Source: Clostridiales bacterium (lineage in GTDB: Bacteria; Bacteroidota; Bacteroidia; Bacteroidales; Muribaculaceae). Taken from it: DNA of 50,818 nucleotides. Below are positions 50,152 through 50,818 of the stretch, piece after piece; the first letter of the stretch is position 1, and each line of letters opens with the position of its first letter. Location of the stretch: positions 1-50,818 of the forward strand of contig JAMPBP010000007.1 of the NCBI GenBank assembly GCA_023666645.1, read 5' to 3'. The notes under the pieces are model-generated. The model had not been told where the DNA came from, did not search any database, and saw only the letters and a program-made list of their open reading frames with translations. A program made the translations under genes and the position numbers.

Positions 50152-50739
50152 TTATTGCTTTAATTTTTTCAAATCTATATCAGGCAGATATTGTTTAATC
50201 ATATCGCCGGGGATTGTTACCGAGCAATTACCTGATGTAATCTCGTTGTTGACCTGCGGAGCGTTCATAAGCTGACCGTTGACAAATACGGCCAATCTGC
50301 CACCGATATTTTCACGGGTAATTGTAGCCCACTTGTCAGCGTCCGCAAACTTGAATGCGACCTGAATATTGCCGCCATAGGACGGCATAGTGTCTGCTTC
50401 GGTTACAGCTACCATTTCAGATAAAATCGGCCCTTTTTCGTATGCAACAAGCCAAATCGATCCGTCAGCACTTGGTATAGTCCATTCGAGAGTCAAATTT
50501 TCAGGCTTAATGCCAAGAAGCTGTTGGTTTATAGATGCAGTGTCTGCAATAGTATATTTATTGTCAGTACTAACACCTGTCTGGGTGTCATAGAATTGCA
50601 CCGCTTTTCTAACGGTAACATTCCATTCCACACCTTCAACCTTTTCGGTTTTGGTGGTGCTTGTATTGCCACACGCAGTTGCTACAACTGCAAGGGCGAT
50701 GCTTACAAGCAAAGCAATGAGAGTGAGTTTTTTCGCCAT
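50152..50739 (-). CDS. Hypothetical lipoprotein
   Basis: It has a signal peptide with lipobox (ALAVVATAC-GN). Length is 195 aa. Confidence 0.6.
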   Translation of the reverse strand: MAKKLTLIALLVSIALAVVATACGNTSTTKTEKVEGVEWNVTVRKAVQFYDTQTGVSTDNKYTIADTASINQQLLGIKPENLTLEWTIPSADGSIWLVAYEKGPILSEMVAVTEADTMPSYGGNIQVAFKFADADKWATITRENIGGRLAVFVNGQLMNAPQVNNEITSGNCSVTIPGDMIKQYLPDIDLKKLKQ

Positions 50740-50818
50740 ACGCTATCGGTTATTTGGTTCAAATGCAAAGATAATCCGAATAATTGGTAAAGGCAACATT
50801 ATAAACTGTTTTGCGAAA

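Overview
This is a Bacteroidales-type chromosomal segment of about 50.8 kb, densely coded and mostly housekeeping. The lineage call rests on Bacteroidetes-style TAnnTTTG promoter elements, the absence of Shine-Dalgarno sequences, and DUF4250/DUF1015 genes. In order the window contains: a partial tRNA at the left edge, an ABC-F ATPase, a Dabb protein, a lipoprotein/outer-membrane protein pair flanked by palindromic repeats, a trkA/trkH K+ uptake operon, TatD, a polyprenyl synthase, a UvrD-family helicase, carboxynorspermidine decarboxylase, and DUF1015. The most unusual region is a 7.1-kb, six-gene minus-strand operon (15241-22354) with no enzymatic domains. It encodes an SPFH (YdjI-like, Band_7_1) domain fused to four zinc ribbons, a 4-TM membrane protein, a 672-aa coiled-coil protein, two tandem paralogous helical proteins and a bactofilin-like beta-helix protein. 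This looks like an uncharacterised membrane-scaffold, stress or cytoskeletal module distantly reminiscent of B. subtilis pspA-ydjGHI. After it come NUDIX, topoisomerase III, MazG, DsbD, a DnaQ-like exonuclease, a MATE transporter, a Kv-like channel with a non-canonical filter, Fur, purA, a menDBCE menaquinone operon, a Crp/Fnr regulator, and a MacAB-TolC-like five-gene efflux operon. Next comes a long non-coding gap holding a promoter/terminator-bracketed candidate sRNA of about 330 nt. The window ends with a ROK kinase, an OMP, a small-peptide/DUF1893/membrane-protein triad and a lipoprotein. Two families of short palindromic REP-like repeats (both beginning TTAGAGCC) recur in intergenic regions. 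No CRISPR arrays, transposases or integrases were seen.
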